Source: an uncultured Planctomycetales bacterium
Lineage (GTDB): Bacteria > Planctomycetota > MHYJ01 > JACPRB01
Direction of reading: 5' to 3'
NCBI GenBank assembly: GCA_964604905.1
Contig: CAZSCC010000370.1
Location: forward strand, 3,676 to 67,675
Length of the DNA stretch: 64,000 bases
Shown here: positions 9,292 to 19,186 of the stretch, piece by piece
How the letters are laid out: every line of letters starts with the position of its first letter
Position numbering within the stretch: position 1 is the first letter of the stretch
Notes under the pieces: generated by a model
What the model saw: the letters and a program-made list of their open reading frames with translations, nothing else
The model's database searches: none
What the model was told of the DNA's origin: nothing
Translations under genes and position numbers: made by a program

Positions 9292-10602
9292 ATGACATCT
9301 TTCGGACGGGCGCTCCTGGTCCTGGCCTGTCTCGCCTCCGCGGCGCGCGCGGATGACTGGCCCCAGTGGCTGGGCCCCGAGCGCGACGGCGTGTGGCGCG
9401 AGACGGGGATCCTCGAGAAGTTCCCGGCGGGCGGCCCCAAAGTGCTCTGGCGGACCCCGATCGGCGGCGGTTACGCCGGCCCCGCCGTCGCCGACGGCCG
9501 GGTCTATGTCACCGATCGTCCGGACGCGAAGACGGAGCGCGTCCTCTGTCTCGACGAAAAGGACGGCCGCGTCGTCTGGACGCACGAGGTCGCGTGCGCG
9601 TACACGATCAGCTACCCGGCCGGGCCGCGCGCGACGCCCGTCGTCGCGAAGGACCGGGTCTACACGCTCGGCGCGATGGGCGATCTCTTCTGTCTGGACG
9701 CAGCCACCGGCAAGGCGGTCTGGTCGAAGAGCTTCACGAAGGACTACGGGCAGACTCCGCCGCATTGGGGATGGTCGGGCCATCCGCTCCTGGACGGGGA
9801 ACGGCTCGTCTGCCTGGTGGGCGGGCCGGGCACGGCCGTGGTCGCGTTCCACAAGGACTCGGGGAAAGAGCTCTGGCGCGCGCTGAGTTCGGAGGGCCGC
9901 CACGGTCCCGGCTACGCGCCGCCCGCGATCGTCGAGGCAGGGGGGAAGCGCCAGCTCATCGCCTGGCACGCGGCGGCCGTCAGCTCGCTCGATCCCGAGA
10001 CGGGGAAGGAGTACTGGTCGCACCCGTTCCCGCTCAAGGAAGGGCTCTCGATCGCGACGCCGCGGAAGTCGGGCGACGCGCTCTTCGTCACGGCCTTCTA
10101 CGACGGTCCGCTCATGCTCAAGCTGGCCGCGGACGCGCCCGCCGCCTCGGTCGCGTGGAAGGGGAAGAGTTCCAGCGAGATGAAGACGGACGGCCTCCAC
10201 TCGATCATCGCCACGCCCGTGATCCGGGACGGCCACATCTATGGAGTGTGCAGCTACGGCCAGCTGCGCTGCCTGAAGGCGGAGACGGGGGAGCGGCTCT
10301 GGGAGACGTTCCAGGCCACGACCGGCGACCGGCCCATCCGCTGGGCGAACGCCTTCCTGATCCCGAACGGAGACCGCTTCTTCATCGCCAACGAAAAGGG
10401 CGACCTCATCCTCGCCCGCCTGACGCCGAAGGGCTACGAGGAGATCGATCGCGCGCGCCTGCTCCAGGCGACGGGCCGCGCGGGCTACGGTCGGCGGCCC
10501 GACGAAGTGCTCTGGTCGCATCCCGCCTTCGCCAACCGCTGCATCGTCGCCCGGAACGACCGGGAGATCATCCGCGTTTCGCTCGCGGCGGAGGGGAAGT
10601 AG
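9292..10602 (+). CDS. PQQ-like beta-propeller repeat protein, secreted
   Basis: 436-aa ORF with a signal peptide, then 'DDWPQWLGPERDG' and 'GGGYAGPAVADGRVYV'. Paralogue-like to 1114..2367. Confidence 0.75.
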   Translation: MTSFGRALLVLACLASAARADDWPQWLGPERDGVWRETGILEKFPAGGPKVLWRTPIGGGYAGPAVADGRVYVTDRPDAKTERVLCLDEKDGRVVWTHEVACAYTISYPAGPRATPVVAKDRVYTLGAMGDLFCLDAATGKAVWSKSFTKDYGQTPPHWGWSGHPLLDGERLVCLVGGPGTAVVAFHKDSGKELWRALSSEGRHGPGYAPPAIVEAGGKRQLIAWHAAAVSSLDPETGKEYWSHPFPLKEGLSIATPRKSGDALFVTAFYDGPLMLKLAADAPAASVAWKGKSSSEMKTDGLHSIIATPVIRDGHIYGVCSYGQLRCLKAETGERLWETFQATTGDRPIRWANAFLIPNGDRFFIANEKGDLILARLTPKGYEEIDRARLLQATGRAGYGRRPDEVLWSHPAFANRCIVARNDREIIRVSLAAEGK

Positions 10603-11053
10603 CCGCGGCGCGCCTCTTCCGGAAGTAGATTGCGCCGAGGACCAGGAGGGGTACGCCGAGGTAGCACGAGATCAGGATGTTCCCGCGCGAGAAGGGCCAC
10701 GCGTCAAGTCGCGCGCGCACGTCCTCGACGCGGGCGCTCCGGCCCTCCTTCGCGTCGTGGAGGATCTCCACGCTGGTGCCCAGCGGAAGCGTCGTCCCGA
10801 TCCGGTAAGTTTTCCCGGCCGGCCCGGGGGTTTTGACGTCCGACCACCCCGCGCCCACGAGGAGTGCGGATCCCGTGCCGCGCGTCTGGATCACCAAGCC
10901 CTTGAACTTCTCCCCCCTCTCCTGGAGGACGAGATCTCTTCCGTGGTTGCGGATCTCGTCGGAGACGACGCAGGAGGTGGGACCCAGGAGGAGGAGGGCC
11001 CCGCCCGCGGCCACGAGGAGGACCAGGGTGCGCGTCCCTTTCTGTTCGGCCAT
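10568..11053 (-). CDS. two-TM hypothetical protein (DUF3592-like architecture)
   Basis: 161 aa with an N-terminal TM, a beta-rich middle and a C-terminal TM (ILISCYLGVPLLVLGAIYF). The architecture resembles DUF3592 but was not verified. Confidence 0.4.
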   Translation of the reverse strand: MAEQKGTRTLVLLVAAGGALLLLGPTSCVVSDEIRNHGRDLVLQERGEKFKGLVIQTRGTGSALLVGAGWSDVKTPGPAGKTYRIGTTLPLGTSVEILHDAKEGRSARVEDVRARLDAWPFSRGNILISCYLGVPLLVLGAIYFRKRRAAATSPPPRAKRG

Positions 11054-11103
11054 CGGCTGCGAAGGATACCAGAGTTCAGGGCCGTCGGATAGGATGGGCC
11101 CGC

Positions 11104-11412
11104 ATGCCGGATCGATGGATCAAGGTCGCCCGGGCGGAGGCGGTCGCGCCGGGAGGCTTCATCCCCGTGGACGTCGAGGGCCGCCCGGGGCTCCTCTACA
11201 ATATAGAAGGCCGCTACTACTGCACCGGGAGCGTCTGCCCCCATCAGGGCCGGTCGCTGGCCACGGGGACCCTCGAGGGCACCCGGCTCACGTGTCCCTG
11301 GCATGCGTGGGTCTTCGACGTCACCACCGGCGAATCCCCCTACACCCTCCGCCAGGCCATCGGGTGCCTGCCCGTCAAGGTCGAAGGCGGCGAGATTTTC
11401 GTCGGGCTGTGA
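11104..11412 (+). CDS. Rieske [2Fe-2S] ferredoxin-like small protein (NirD/ferredoxin-subunit type)
   Basis: 102 aa with Rieske ligand motifs 'CPHQG' and 'CPWHAW' at the canonical spacing. Confidence 0.8.
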   Translation: MPDRWIKVARAEAVAPGGFIPVDVEGRPGLLYNIEGRYYCTGSVCPHQGRSLATGTLEGTRLTCPWHAWVFDVTTGESPYTLRQAIGCLPVKVEGGEIFVGL

Positions 11413-11451
11413 TGCCGGGCCCGCTGGCGTGTACTATGGGATGAACCTGGA

Positions 11452-13818
11452 ATGACCGCTTTCCTCGCCGTCCTTGCCTTCGTCGCCGCCGACGCCGAGT
11501 CGGCCGCGAAGCTCCTCGAGGCGCGCTGCACCGAGTGCCACAATCGGAAGAAGTTCGAGGGCGGTCTCGACCTGACCACGCGCGCGGGGCTCCTCCGGGG
11601 CGGCGAGACCGGACCCTCCGTGATCGCGGGACAGCCCGAGAAGAGCCTCCTCTACCAGCAGGTCGCCCACCAGAAGAAGCCGTTCATGCCCCATAAGCGG
11701 GAGAAGCTCGGTCCGGCCGATCTGCGGGCGATCGCCGACTGGATCAAGGCGGGCGCCCCCTACGACCGCGAGCTCAAGGCGCCCGAGAAGACGGAGAAGC
11801 GCGTCTTTGCGATCACCGAGACGGACCGGCAGCATTGGGCGTTCCAGCCTTTGAGAGCAGCGGCGCTTCCTCCCGGGGAAGGACACCCGATCGACCGGTT
11901 CCTGCTCGCGAAGTTGAAACCCGCCGGGCTTTCGTTCGCCGCCGTGGCTTCGCGGGAGATCCTGCTGCGCCGCGTCACGCTCGACCTCACGGGCCTCCCT
12001 CCGACGCCCGCCGAGACGGATGCGTTCGCGAACGACACGGCCGCCGACGCCTGGGAGAAGGTCGTCGACCGGCTCCTCGCCTCGCCGCAGTACGGCGAGC
12101 GCTGGGGGCGCCACTGGCTCGACCTCGCGCGCTACGCCGAGACCGACGGCTTCGAGCACGACGCCGTCCGCCCCCACTCGTGGCGCTACCGCGACTACGT
12201 GATCCAGTCATTCAACGCCGACAAGCCCTACGACCGCTTTCTAAAGGAGCAGGTGGCTGGCGACGAGCTCTGGCCCGGCGATCCCGCCGCGCACGTGGCG
12301 ACCGGCTTCAATCTCCTCGGGTCGGACATGGTGGACAGCTCCGACCAGGTCCAGCGCCGGCTCAACACGCTCTCCGACATGACCGACATCACGGCCGCGG
12401 TCTTCCTGGGCCTGACCCTCGCCTGCGCGCGCTGCCACGACCACAAGTTCGAGCCGCTCGCGCAGAAAGACTACTACAAGCTCATGGCCTTCTTCACGCC
12501 CGCCGCCTTCAAGCGCGACACGCCCGTCCCCAGCGCCGCCGAGCGGGCCGCCTATGAGGAGGAGATGAAGGCCTACAACGAGATCCCGCAGCTCCGCGAG
12601 CTGGGCGAGATCGAGCGGCCCGTCCGCGAGAAGCTTCGCGAGAAGAAGCTCGAGAAGCTCAACGACGAGATGCGCCTCGCGGTCCGGACCCCGCCGGAGC
12701 AGCGCTCGGTCGAGCAGGCGAATCTCGCGCTCGAGACCGAACCGATGCTCGAAGTCTCCGAGAAAGACATGGCGGCGGCGATCTCCCCGGAGCAGCGGGA
12801 CCGGCGTAAAGCGCTCCAGGCCGAGGCGAAGACGCTTCCGAAGCCTCCTCAGCTCGCGATGGCCATGACGCTGGCCGATGGGAAGCCCGCGAAGACGTTC
12901 CTCCTTCACCGGGGCGAGTATTCGACGCCGGGAGACGAGGTGCAGGCGGGGTTCCCCGAGGTGCTGGGGGCGGGGCCGTCGGGGTCTCGGCGCGCGACGC
13001 TCGCCGAGTGGCTGACGAGCCCCTCGAACCCGCTGACGGCGCGGGTGATGGCCAACCGGATCTGGCAGCACCACTTCGGCCGCGGGATCGTCCCGACCCC
13101 GAGCGAGTTCGGCCCGCGCGGGCAGGCGCCGACCCACCCGGAGCTCCTCGACTGGCTGGCCTCCGAGTTCATCGCGCGGGGGTGGAGCCTGAAGGCGATG
13201 CACCGGCTCATTCTCAGCTCGGCGGCCTATCGGCAGTCCAGCGTCTCCGCGGAGAGCGTGGCGAAGGACCTAGAGAACCGCCTCTACGGCCGCATGAACC
13301 GCCTGCGGCTCGAGGGCGAGGTGATCCGCGACAGCCTGCTCGCGATCAGCGGGAAGCTCAATCCCCAGATGGGCGGAGCGGGCGTCTTCCCGCCCGTGCC
13401 GTCGGACGTCCTGAAGGGCTCGCGCGGCTGGACCGTGAGCGCCGACCCGCGCGATCACGTCCGCCGCAGCGTCTACATCTTCTCGCGGCGAAACCTGCGT
13501 TTCCCCTTCCTCGAGGTCTTCGACGCGCCGGACAGCAACCTGAGCTGCCCCGAGCGCGGGCGGAGCACGACCGCCCCCCAATCGCTGACGCTGCTGAACG
13601 CCGACGAGGTCGTCGCGGCGGCCAAGGCGACGGCGGAGCGGCTGACGGCCGAGACGAAGACGGTCGACGAGCGGATCGGCCTCGCCTACCGGCTGATCCT
13701 CGGTCGCCGTCCCGCGGAGCGGGAGTCGGTGGTCGCGCGCGAGTTCCTGGCAAAGTCTCCCCTCACGGAATTCTGCCGGGCCCTGTTCAATCTCAACGAT
13801 TTCGTCTACGCGGAGTGA
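11452..13818 (+). CDS. planctomycete cytochrome-c-like (CxxCH) + DUF1549 + DUF1553 protein
   Basis: 788 aa with signal peptide, 'CTECHNRKKFEGGLDLTT', then 'HWAFQPL', '[16 protein letters not shown]', '[12 protein letters not shown]' and 'RMNRLRLEGEVIRDSLL'. These are family hallmarks. Confidence 0.85.
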   Translation: MTAFLAVLAFVAADAESAAKLLEARCTECHNRKKFEGGLDLTTRAGLLRGGETGPSVIAGQPEKSLLYQQVAHQKKPFMPHKREKLGPADLRAIADWIKAGAPYDRELKAPEKTEKRVFAITETDRQHWAFQPLRAAALPPGEGHPIDRFLLAKLKPAGLSFAAVASREILLRRVTLDLTGLPPTPAETDAFANDTAADAWEKVVDRLLASPQYGERWGRHWLDLARYAETDGFEHDAVRPHSWRYRDYVIQSFNADKPYDRFLKEQVAGDELWPGDPAAHVATGFNLLGSDMVDSSDQVQRRLNTLSDMTDITAAVFLGLTLACARCHDHKFEPLAQKDYYKLMAFFTPAAFKRDTPVPSAAERAAYEEEMKAYNEIPQLRELGEIERPVREKLREKKLEKLNDEMRLAVRTPPEQRSVEQANLALETEPMLEVSEKDMAAAISPEQRDRRKALQAEAKTLPKPPQLAMAMTLADGKPAKTFLLHRGEYSTPGDEVQAGFPEVLGAGPSGSRRATLAEWLTSPSNPLTARVMANRIWQHHFGRGIVPTPSEFGPRGQAPTHPELLDWLASEFIARGWSLKAMHRLILSSAAYRQSSVSAESVAKDLENRLYGRMNRLRLEGEVIRDSLLAISGKLNPQMGGAGVFPPVPSDVLKGSRGWTVSADPRDHVRRSVYIFSRRNLRFPFLEVFDAPDSNLSCPERGRSTTAPQSLTLLNADEVVAAAKATAERLTAETKTVDERIGLAYRLILGRRPAERESVVAREFLAKSPLTEFCRALFNLNDFVYAE

Positions 13819-13822
13819 TTCG

Positions 13823-15250
13823 ATGAGCTGCAGCTGCGGTCGCCAGGAATCCCCCTCGCCGTCGCGCCGGTCGTTCCTCAAGAACGCCGGGGCGGGCTTC
13901 GGGACGCTGGCCCTCGCGTCGATTCTCGGGGAGCAGGACCTCCTGGCTCAGGCGGATCCGATGGCGCCGAAGCACCCGCACTCCGCGCCGCGCGCGAAGA
14001 GCGTCATCTTCCTCTTCATGGCGGGCGGCCCGAGCCACGTGGACCTCTTCGAGCCGAAGCCCGAGCTGGAGCGCCTGGCGGGGCAGCCGATCCCCGAGTC
14101 GTTCGGCATGTTCAAGACGCGGCGGGCCGTGGCGAAGAACAAGCTGAAGCCCTCGATCTGGCCGTACCGCCACCACGGGGCGAGCGGCCTGGAGATCTCC
14201 GATGCGCTCCCGCACATCGCCTCCTGCGCGGACGACCTCTGCGTCCTGCGAGGCTGCTATGGCGACAGCGTGACCCACCCGGAGTCGGTCTACCTCATGA
14301 ACACCGGCTCGATCCTGATGGGCCGGCCGAGCCTGGGCTCGTGGGCCGCGTACGGACTGGGGACCGAGAACCGGAACATGCCCGCGTTCGTCGTCCTGCC
14401 CGACCCGTCGGGCTGGGTGAAGGGGGGCGCGCCCGCGTGGGGGAACGGCTACCTCCCCGCGGTCTATCAGGGGACGATCCTGCGCGGCGGCGACACGCCG
14501 ATCCTGAATCTGAACACGCCCAAGGGCGTGAGCGGCGACCAGCAGAAGTCGACGCTCGACCTGATCAACACGCTCAACCGCGGGAACCTGGCGGGCAAGG
14601 AGGAGGACACCGAACTGGCCGCGCGGATCTCCGCGTACGAGCTCGCCTTCCGCATGCAGAGCCACGCGCAGGAGGTGGTCGAGGTCGCCAAGGAGAGCGA
14701 GGCGACGCGGAAGCTCTACGGTCTCGACGACAAGGTGACGCAGGAGTTCGGCCTGCGCTGCCTGCTCGCGCGCCGGATGGTCGAGCGGGGCGTGCGGTTC
14801 GTGCAGCTCTACTGCGGCGACACGAACGGCTGGGACGGCCACTCGGACATGTCGGGCAACCACGGGAAGCTCTGCGCGCAGAGCGACCGGCCCGTCGCGG
14901 GGCTGCTCAAGGACCTGAAGTCGCGCGGCCTGCTCGATTCGACGCTCGTCGTCTGGGGCGGCGAGTTCGGGCGCACGCCGATGAGCGAGGGCTCGGACGG
15001 CCGCGACCACAACCCGCACGGCTTCTGCATGTGGCTGGCGGGCGGCGGCGTGAAGGGCGGCCAGGCGATCGGGGCGACCGACCCGGTGGGCCTGCGCGCG
15101 GCCGAGGAGAAGACCCACGTCCACGACATCCACGCGACGATCCTGCACCTGCTGGGGATGGACCACACGCGGCTGACCTATCGCCACCAGGGCCGCAACC
15201 AGCGGCTCACCGACGTGTCGGGGAACGTCATCATGAAGGCGCTCGCGTAG
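13823..15250 (+). CDS. DUF1501 (sulfatase-like fold) protein with Tat-type signal
   Basis: 475 aa. 'RRSFLKNAGAGFGTLALA' twin-arginine signal, then 'FLFMAGGPSHVDLFEPKP', 'GRDHNPHGF' and 'HDIHATILHLLG'. Starts 4 nt after the preceding gene. Confidence 0.85.
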   Translation: MSCSCGRQESPSPSRRSFLKNAGAGFGTLALASILGEQDLLAQADPMAPKHPHSAPRAKSVIFLFMAGGPSHVDLFEPKPELERLAGQPIPESFGMFKTRRAVAKNKLKPSIWPYRHHGASGLEISDALPHIASCADDLCVLRGCYGDSVTHPESVYLMNTGSILMGRPSLGSWAAYGLGTENRNMPAFVVLPDPSGWVKGGAPAWGNGYLPAVYQGTILRGGDTPILNLNTPKGVSGDQQKSTLDLINTLNRGNLAGKEEDTELAARISAYELAFRMQSHAQEVVEVAKESEATRKLYGLDDKVTQEFGLRCLLARRMVERGVRFVQLYCGDTNGWDGHSDMSGNHGKLCAQSDRPVAGLLKDLKSRGLLDSTLVVWGGEFGRTPMSEGSDGRDHNPHGFCMWLAGGGVKGGQAIGATDPVGLRAAEEKTHVHDIHATILHLLGMDHTRLTYRHQGRNQRLTDVSGNVIMKALA

Positions 15251-16292
15251 GGGGCTTCCGCCGGAAGATCTCCAGCCACTGGGCCATCAGGGCGTCGCCG
15301 AAGTCTCGGCTCTTCCGGCAGTCCGCGAGGGTGCGCCCCCAGTAGAAGCCGATCCACCCGGCGGCCTTGTCGCGGGTGCGGTCGAGGAAGCGTTCGAAGT
15401 CCTCGACGCCGCATCCGAGGAGGAAGGTCTCCTCGATGACGACCGGCTTGCCGGCCGCGCGGAAGGCGTCGAGGGTCGCCACCGCCTCGTCGACCTTGCC
15501 CGTCTTCGGATAGAGGTGGAGGCAGAGGAAGTCGAGCTCCGGCGCGACCGCCTCGGGCTTGAAGCCGGAGTAGAGGACGCCGGGGCGGTCGAGGCTCCAA
15601 TCGACGAGGCCCACGGTGATGAGGGCGGCCGCATCGTGGCGGCGGATCGCGGCGACCAGGGTGCGGCACCAGGCGCGGGCGATCTCGTGGCGCGGGCGGC
15701 CGGCCTGGTCGAGCGAGATCCACTGGACGAAGTGCTTGCCGCCGAAGGCGCCGCCCAGCCAGTCGCCGGTGCTGCTCTTGCCCACGGGCGCGACCGGCTC
15801 GTTCATGAGATTGTAGCAGAAGACGGCGGGGCTGCCGGCGCACGCCATCGCGACCGCCTCCCAGAACCGCGCCTGCGCGTCCCAGCGCGCCGTCTCGCCG
15901 AGCGCGTCGTACCACGCGGGGACATCCTTCTTGTGGTAGCAGCCCAGGCCGGTCAGGTCGAGGGTGAGGCGCAGGCGTTCGCACAGCTCGAGCAGGCGTG
16001 CAAGACGCTCGAGTTCCCTGGGGTCGGGGTCGGAGGCGCTCCGCATGAACTTCCCGAACTGGAGGTGGACGCGGACGACGTTGGCGCCCAGGTCGCGCAT
16101 CTCCCGGAAGTCCTCCTCGACCTTGGGCCACTCGCCGTGCCAGTAGTCCTCGATCAGGCGGCCCGTCTCGTCGTGGTCGTAGTTGAAGCCCCAGGGGGTG
16201 AGGGAGAGGCGGCCGTCGGCGAGGCGGACCCGGTCGGGGGTCGGTGCGCAGCCGGCGAGGATGACGGCGGCGCTGAGGAGCGTTCTATACAT
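15231..16292 (-). CDS. glycoside hydrolase, GH5-like (clan GH-A TIM barrel), lipoprotein-like signal
   Basis: 353 aa. 'VVRVHL', 'YNLMNEP' (acid/base NEP) and 'VVIEETF' (candidate nucleophile Glu). 20-bp convergent overlap with the DUF1501 gene. Confidence 0.65.
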   Translation of the reverse strand: MYRTLLSAAVILAGCAPTPDRVRLADGRLSLTPWGFNYDHDETGRLIEDYWHGEWPKVEEDFREMRDLGANVVRVHLQFGKFMRSASDPDPRELERLARLLELCERLRLTLDLTGLGCYHKKDVPAWYDALGETARWDAQARFWEAVAMACAGSPAVFCYNLMNEPVAPVGKSSTGDWLGGAFGGKHFVQWISLDQAGRPRHEIARAWCRTLVAAIRRHDAAALITVGLVDWSLDRPGVLYSGFKPEAVAPELDFLCLHLYPKTGKVDEAVATLDAFRAAGKPVVIEETFLLGCGVEDFERFLDRTRDKAAGWIGFYWGRTLADCRKSRDFGDALMAQWLEIFRRKPPTRAPS

Positions 16293-16320
16293 GGCTGCAT
16301 TCTACGTTCAGGAGGGACCC

Positions 16321-17031
16321 ATGGGCTTGATTCTCGCGTTGTGCGCCGCTGCGGCGTTCCAGGCGTCGGACAAGATCGAGACCGCGAAGGGCGACCTCGA
16401 GATTGTTCCGATCGAGCACGCGACCTTCGTCATGAAGTGGGACAAGGCGCTGATCTTCGTCGATCCGGTGGGGGGCGCCGACAAGTTCAAGGATCACGGC
16501 AAGCCCGACCTCATCCTGGTCACCGACCTCCACGGCGATCACCTTGACCCGAAGACGGTCGCGGCGGTGAAGGGGGAGAAGACGATGATCGTGGCGCCCC
16601 AGGCGTGCGCCGACAAGCTGGGGGCGGGGGTCTCGGTGCTGGCGAACGGCGCGAAGATGAAGTGCGGCGAGGTCGAGATCGAGGCGATTCCGATGTACAA
16701 CCTGACGCCCGAGCGGAAGAACAACCATACCAAGGGCCGCGGGAACGGCTACGTCCTCACGATCGGCGGCAAGCGGATCTACATCTCGGGCGATACGGAG
16801 GACATCCCCGAGATGCGAGCGCTCAAGGGGATCGACGCGGCCTTCGTCTGCATGAACCTCCCCTACACGATGGACGTCGACCACGCGGCCGACGCGGTGC
16901 TCGCCTTCAAGCCCAAGGTCGTCTACCCCTACCACTACCGCGGCAAGGAGGGCATGAGCGACGTCGCCAAGTTCAAGTCCTTGGTGGCCAAGGACAAAAG
17001 CATCGAGGTCCGCCTTCTTAAGTGGTACTAA
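16321..17031 (+). CDS. MBL-fold metal-dependent hydrolase, secreted
   Basis: ATG 16321 is preceded by AGGAGGG. Signal MGLILALCAAAAFQA, then 'DLILVTDLHGDHLD' (HxHxDH-like) and 'YISGDTE'. The track ORF 16183.. starts further upstream in the same frame. Confidence 0.7.
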   Translation: MGLILALCAAAAFQASDKIETAKGDLEIVPIEHATFVMKWDKALIFVDPVGGADKFKDHGKPDLILVTDLHGDHLDPKTVAAVKGEKTMIVAPQACADKLGAGVSVLANGAKMKCGEVEIEAIPMYNLTPERKNNHTKGRGNGYVLTIGGKRIYISGDTEDIPEMRALKGIDAAFVCMNLPYTMDVDHAADAVLAFKPKVVYPYHYRGKEGMSDVAKFKSLVAKDKSIEVRLLKWY

Positions 17032-17035
17032 TGGA

Positions 17036-17066
17036 CGTAACAGAACAAACGGTTTGTTTTGTTACG
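17036..17066. repeat. AT-rich 31-bp palindromic element, copy 1 (1 arm mismatch)
   Basis: cgtaacaGaacaaac-g-gtttgttttgttacg, between convergent genes. The TAA stop of the minus-strand gene (17062-17064) lies in its right arm. Confidence 0.9.
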
Positions 17067-17958
17067 ATCCCACCCGGATGCGGTAGAGGCCGAACTTGGG
17101 GCCGGCGCCGGCCGTGATGTAGAGCGTCGCCCCGTCGGCGCCGAAGCAGCAGTTGGTGGGGTCGCCCGGAGTCGGGATGAACCCCTTCGGCTCCCCGCCG
17201 GCCGGGCTGAACACATACACGCCCCCTCTGGCGCCCGTCCCCGCGGTGGCGTAGATGTTTCCATCCCGACCCAGCGTCATCCCGTCGATCCCCCGGCCCG
17301 TCTTGAAGTCGTACAGGATCCGCTTCTCGCCCAGCGACCCGTCCGCCTGCACCCGGAAGGCGAGGAGGTGAAGCACCCCTTTCGGGTTGTTGTCCGCGAC
17401 GTAGACCGTCTTCCCGTCGGGCGTGACGATGATCCCATTGGGCTTCTGCACGTCGCGCGTCGCGAGCGTCACCTTGCCGTCCGGCTCGACGAGGAAGACC
17501 CCCTCGAAGTCGATGTCCCGAGGATCGTTGCCGACGTAACGCGGATCGGTGAAGTACACCTGGCCCCGGGGCCCGATCGCCAGGTCGTTGGGGCTGTTGA
17601 ACCGCTTGCCGTCCCAGCGGTCGGCGAGCGTGCGGACCTTCCCGTCGGGCTCGGTGATCGAGATCCGACGGTTGCCGCCGGTATTTCCGCCCTCGCAGGC
17701 GACGAGGCGCCCCCGCGCGTCGAACTTGAGGCCGTTGGAGCGGCCGCTCGGATCCCGGTAGACCGCGACCTGCTTCGTCTTCGGATCGAAGCGCAGCATC
17801 CGGTTCCCGATGTCGCTGAAGACGATCGAGCCGTCGGGCGCCAGGGCCGGCCCCTCGGTGAACTCGCCGTCCGCCCAGAGGACCTCCAGGGAGCTTCCGC
17901 CCTCCGGCGCGGAGGCGCACCCCAGGGCCAGCACGATCCACGCGAGGTTCAGTCTCAT
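17062..17958 (-). CDS. SMP-30/gluconolactonase/LRE-like beta-propeller protein, secreted
   Basis: About 298 aa (ATG 17958; GTG 17961 also possible). 'EGPALAPDGSIVFSDI', 'NGLKFDARGRLVACE', 'PNDLAIGPRGQVYFTD' and 'PNGIIVTPDGKTVYVAD'. Confidence 0.8.
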   Translation of the reverse strand: MRLNLAWIVLALGCASAPEGGSSLEVLWADGEFTEGPALAPDGSIVFSDIGNRMLRFDPKTKQVAVYRDPSGRSNGLKFDARGRLVACEGGNTGGNRRISITEPDGKVRTLADRWDGKRFNSPNDLAIGPRGQVYFTDPRYVGNDPRDIDFEGVFLVEPDGKVTLATRDVQKPNGIIVTPDGKTVYVADNNPKGVLHLLAFRVQADGSLGEKRILYDFKTGRGIDGMTLGRDGNIYATAGTGARGGVYVFSPAGGEPKGFIPTPGDPTNCCFGADGATLYITAGAGPKFGLYRIRVGS

Positions 17959-17987
17959 CACTCCTCCTCCATTTACCTACGTCCGTC

Positions 17988-18018
17988 TTGACAGGATCGT
18001 GCCCCGCGCCGACACTAT
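17988..18018 (+). promoter_or_regulatory. sigma70-like promoter candidate for the aminotransferase gene
   Basis: Perfect TTGACA at 17988-17993 and a weak -10-like 'cactat' at 18013-18018 (19-nt spacer). The first ATG (18026) would be almost leaderless. Weak evidence. Confidence 0.3.
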
Positions 18019-18025
18019 CCGCCCG

Positions 18026-19183
18026 ATGCGCGAATCCCGCCGGATGGCCGAGGTCCAGACGCCGATCATCCCGATCGTCGGAGATCTCGTCCGCTCGAGC
18101 CCGGGCACGATCTCGCTCGGGCAGGGCATGGTCGGTTACGGTCCGCCGCGCCAGGCGATCGAAGCGGCGGCGCGGGTCGGCGACGACCTGAAGATCCACC
18201 AGTACGGCGCGGTCGAGGGCAGCGCGGCCCTCCGCGAGGCGCTTGCCGCCAAGCTCCGCGCCGAGAACGGCATCGCGGCCGGACGCGTCGTCGTCACCGC
18301 CGGCGGGAACATGGCCTTCCTGAACGCGATCCTCGCGATCGCCGACGTCGGCGACGAGGTCATCCTCCAGACCCCCTACTACTTCAACCACGACATGGCG
18401 ATCGGGATGGCGGGGTGCCGCACGGTCTGCGTCCCGACCGACGACCGCTACCAGCTGCGGCTCGACGCGATCGAGCGGGCGATCACGCCGCGGACGCGCG
18501 CCGTCGTCACGGTCTCGCCCAACAATCCGACGGGAGCGGTCTACCCGGAGGCGGCGCTCCGCGACGTGAACGCGCTCTGCAAGGAGAAGGGCGTCTTTCA
18601 CCTCCACGACGAGGCGTACGAATACTTCACCTACGGGGGCGTCCGCCCGTTCTCGGCGGGATCGATCGCCGGGAGCGCGGAGCACACGATCTCGCTCTAC
18701 TCGTTCAGCAAGGCCTACGGCTTCGCGGGCTGGCGGATCGGCTACATGACGATCCCGGAGCCCCTCGAGGTCGCGGTCCGGAAGATCCAGGACACGAACC
18801 TGATCTGCCCGGTGATGATCTCTCAGGCGGCGGCGCTGGGAGCGCTCCAGGCGGGCGCGGCGTACTGTCGCGAGAAGACGCGCGATCTCACCGACGTGCG
18901 CGAGACGGCGCGGAAGGCGTTCGGCGAGATCGCCGGCTTCTGCGCGGCGCCGATGACGGACGGGGCTTTCTATATCTTCGCGCGGCTCTCGTCGCCGCTC
19001 GATCCGCTGGCGCTCGTCGAGCGCCTGGTCCGCGACCACAAGGTGGCGGCGATTCCGGGGACGGCGTTCGGCGTGTCGGAGGGCTGCACGCTCCGGGTGG
19101 CGTTCGGGGCGCTCGACAAGGCGACGGCCTCCGAGGGGATCGGCCGGCTTGTCCGCGGGCTCAAGGCGATCGTGAAGGGGTAA
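18026..19183 (+). CDS. PLP-dependent aminotransferase, class I/II
   Basis: In-frame ATGs at 18026 and 18044 within track ORF 17810..19183. 'VVVTAGGNMAF', 'SPNNPTGAVY', 'DEAYEYF' and 'SFSKAYGFAGWRIGY' (PLP Lys). Confidence 0.85.
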   Translation: MRESRRMAEVQTPIIPIVGDLVRSSPGTISLGQGMVGYGPPRQAIEAAARVGDDLKIHQYGAVEGSAALREALAAKLRAENGIAAGRVVVTAGGNMAFLNAILAIADVGDEVILQTPYYFNHDMAIGMAGCRTVCVPTDDRYQLRLDAIERAITPRTRAVVTVSPNNPTGAVYPEAALRDVNALCKEKGVFHLHDEAYEYFTYGGVRPFSAGSIAGSAEHTISLYSFSKAYGFAGWRIGYMTIPEPLEVAVRKIQDTNLICPVMISQAAALGALQAGAAYCREKTRDLTDVRETARKAFGEIAGFCAAPMTDGAFYIFARLSSPLDPLALVERLVRDHKVAAIPGTAFGVSEGCTLRVAFGALDKATASEGIGRLVRGLKAIVKG

Positions 19184-19186
19184 GGC

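Noticed and set aside
8599-15250. Convergent gene pairs overlap at their 3' ends: 8599-8609, 10568-10602 and 15231-15250.
   Set aside because: Short convergent overlaps are common in compact GC-rich genomes, and nothing further such as hairpins or repeats was seen at these sites.
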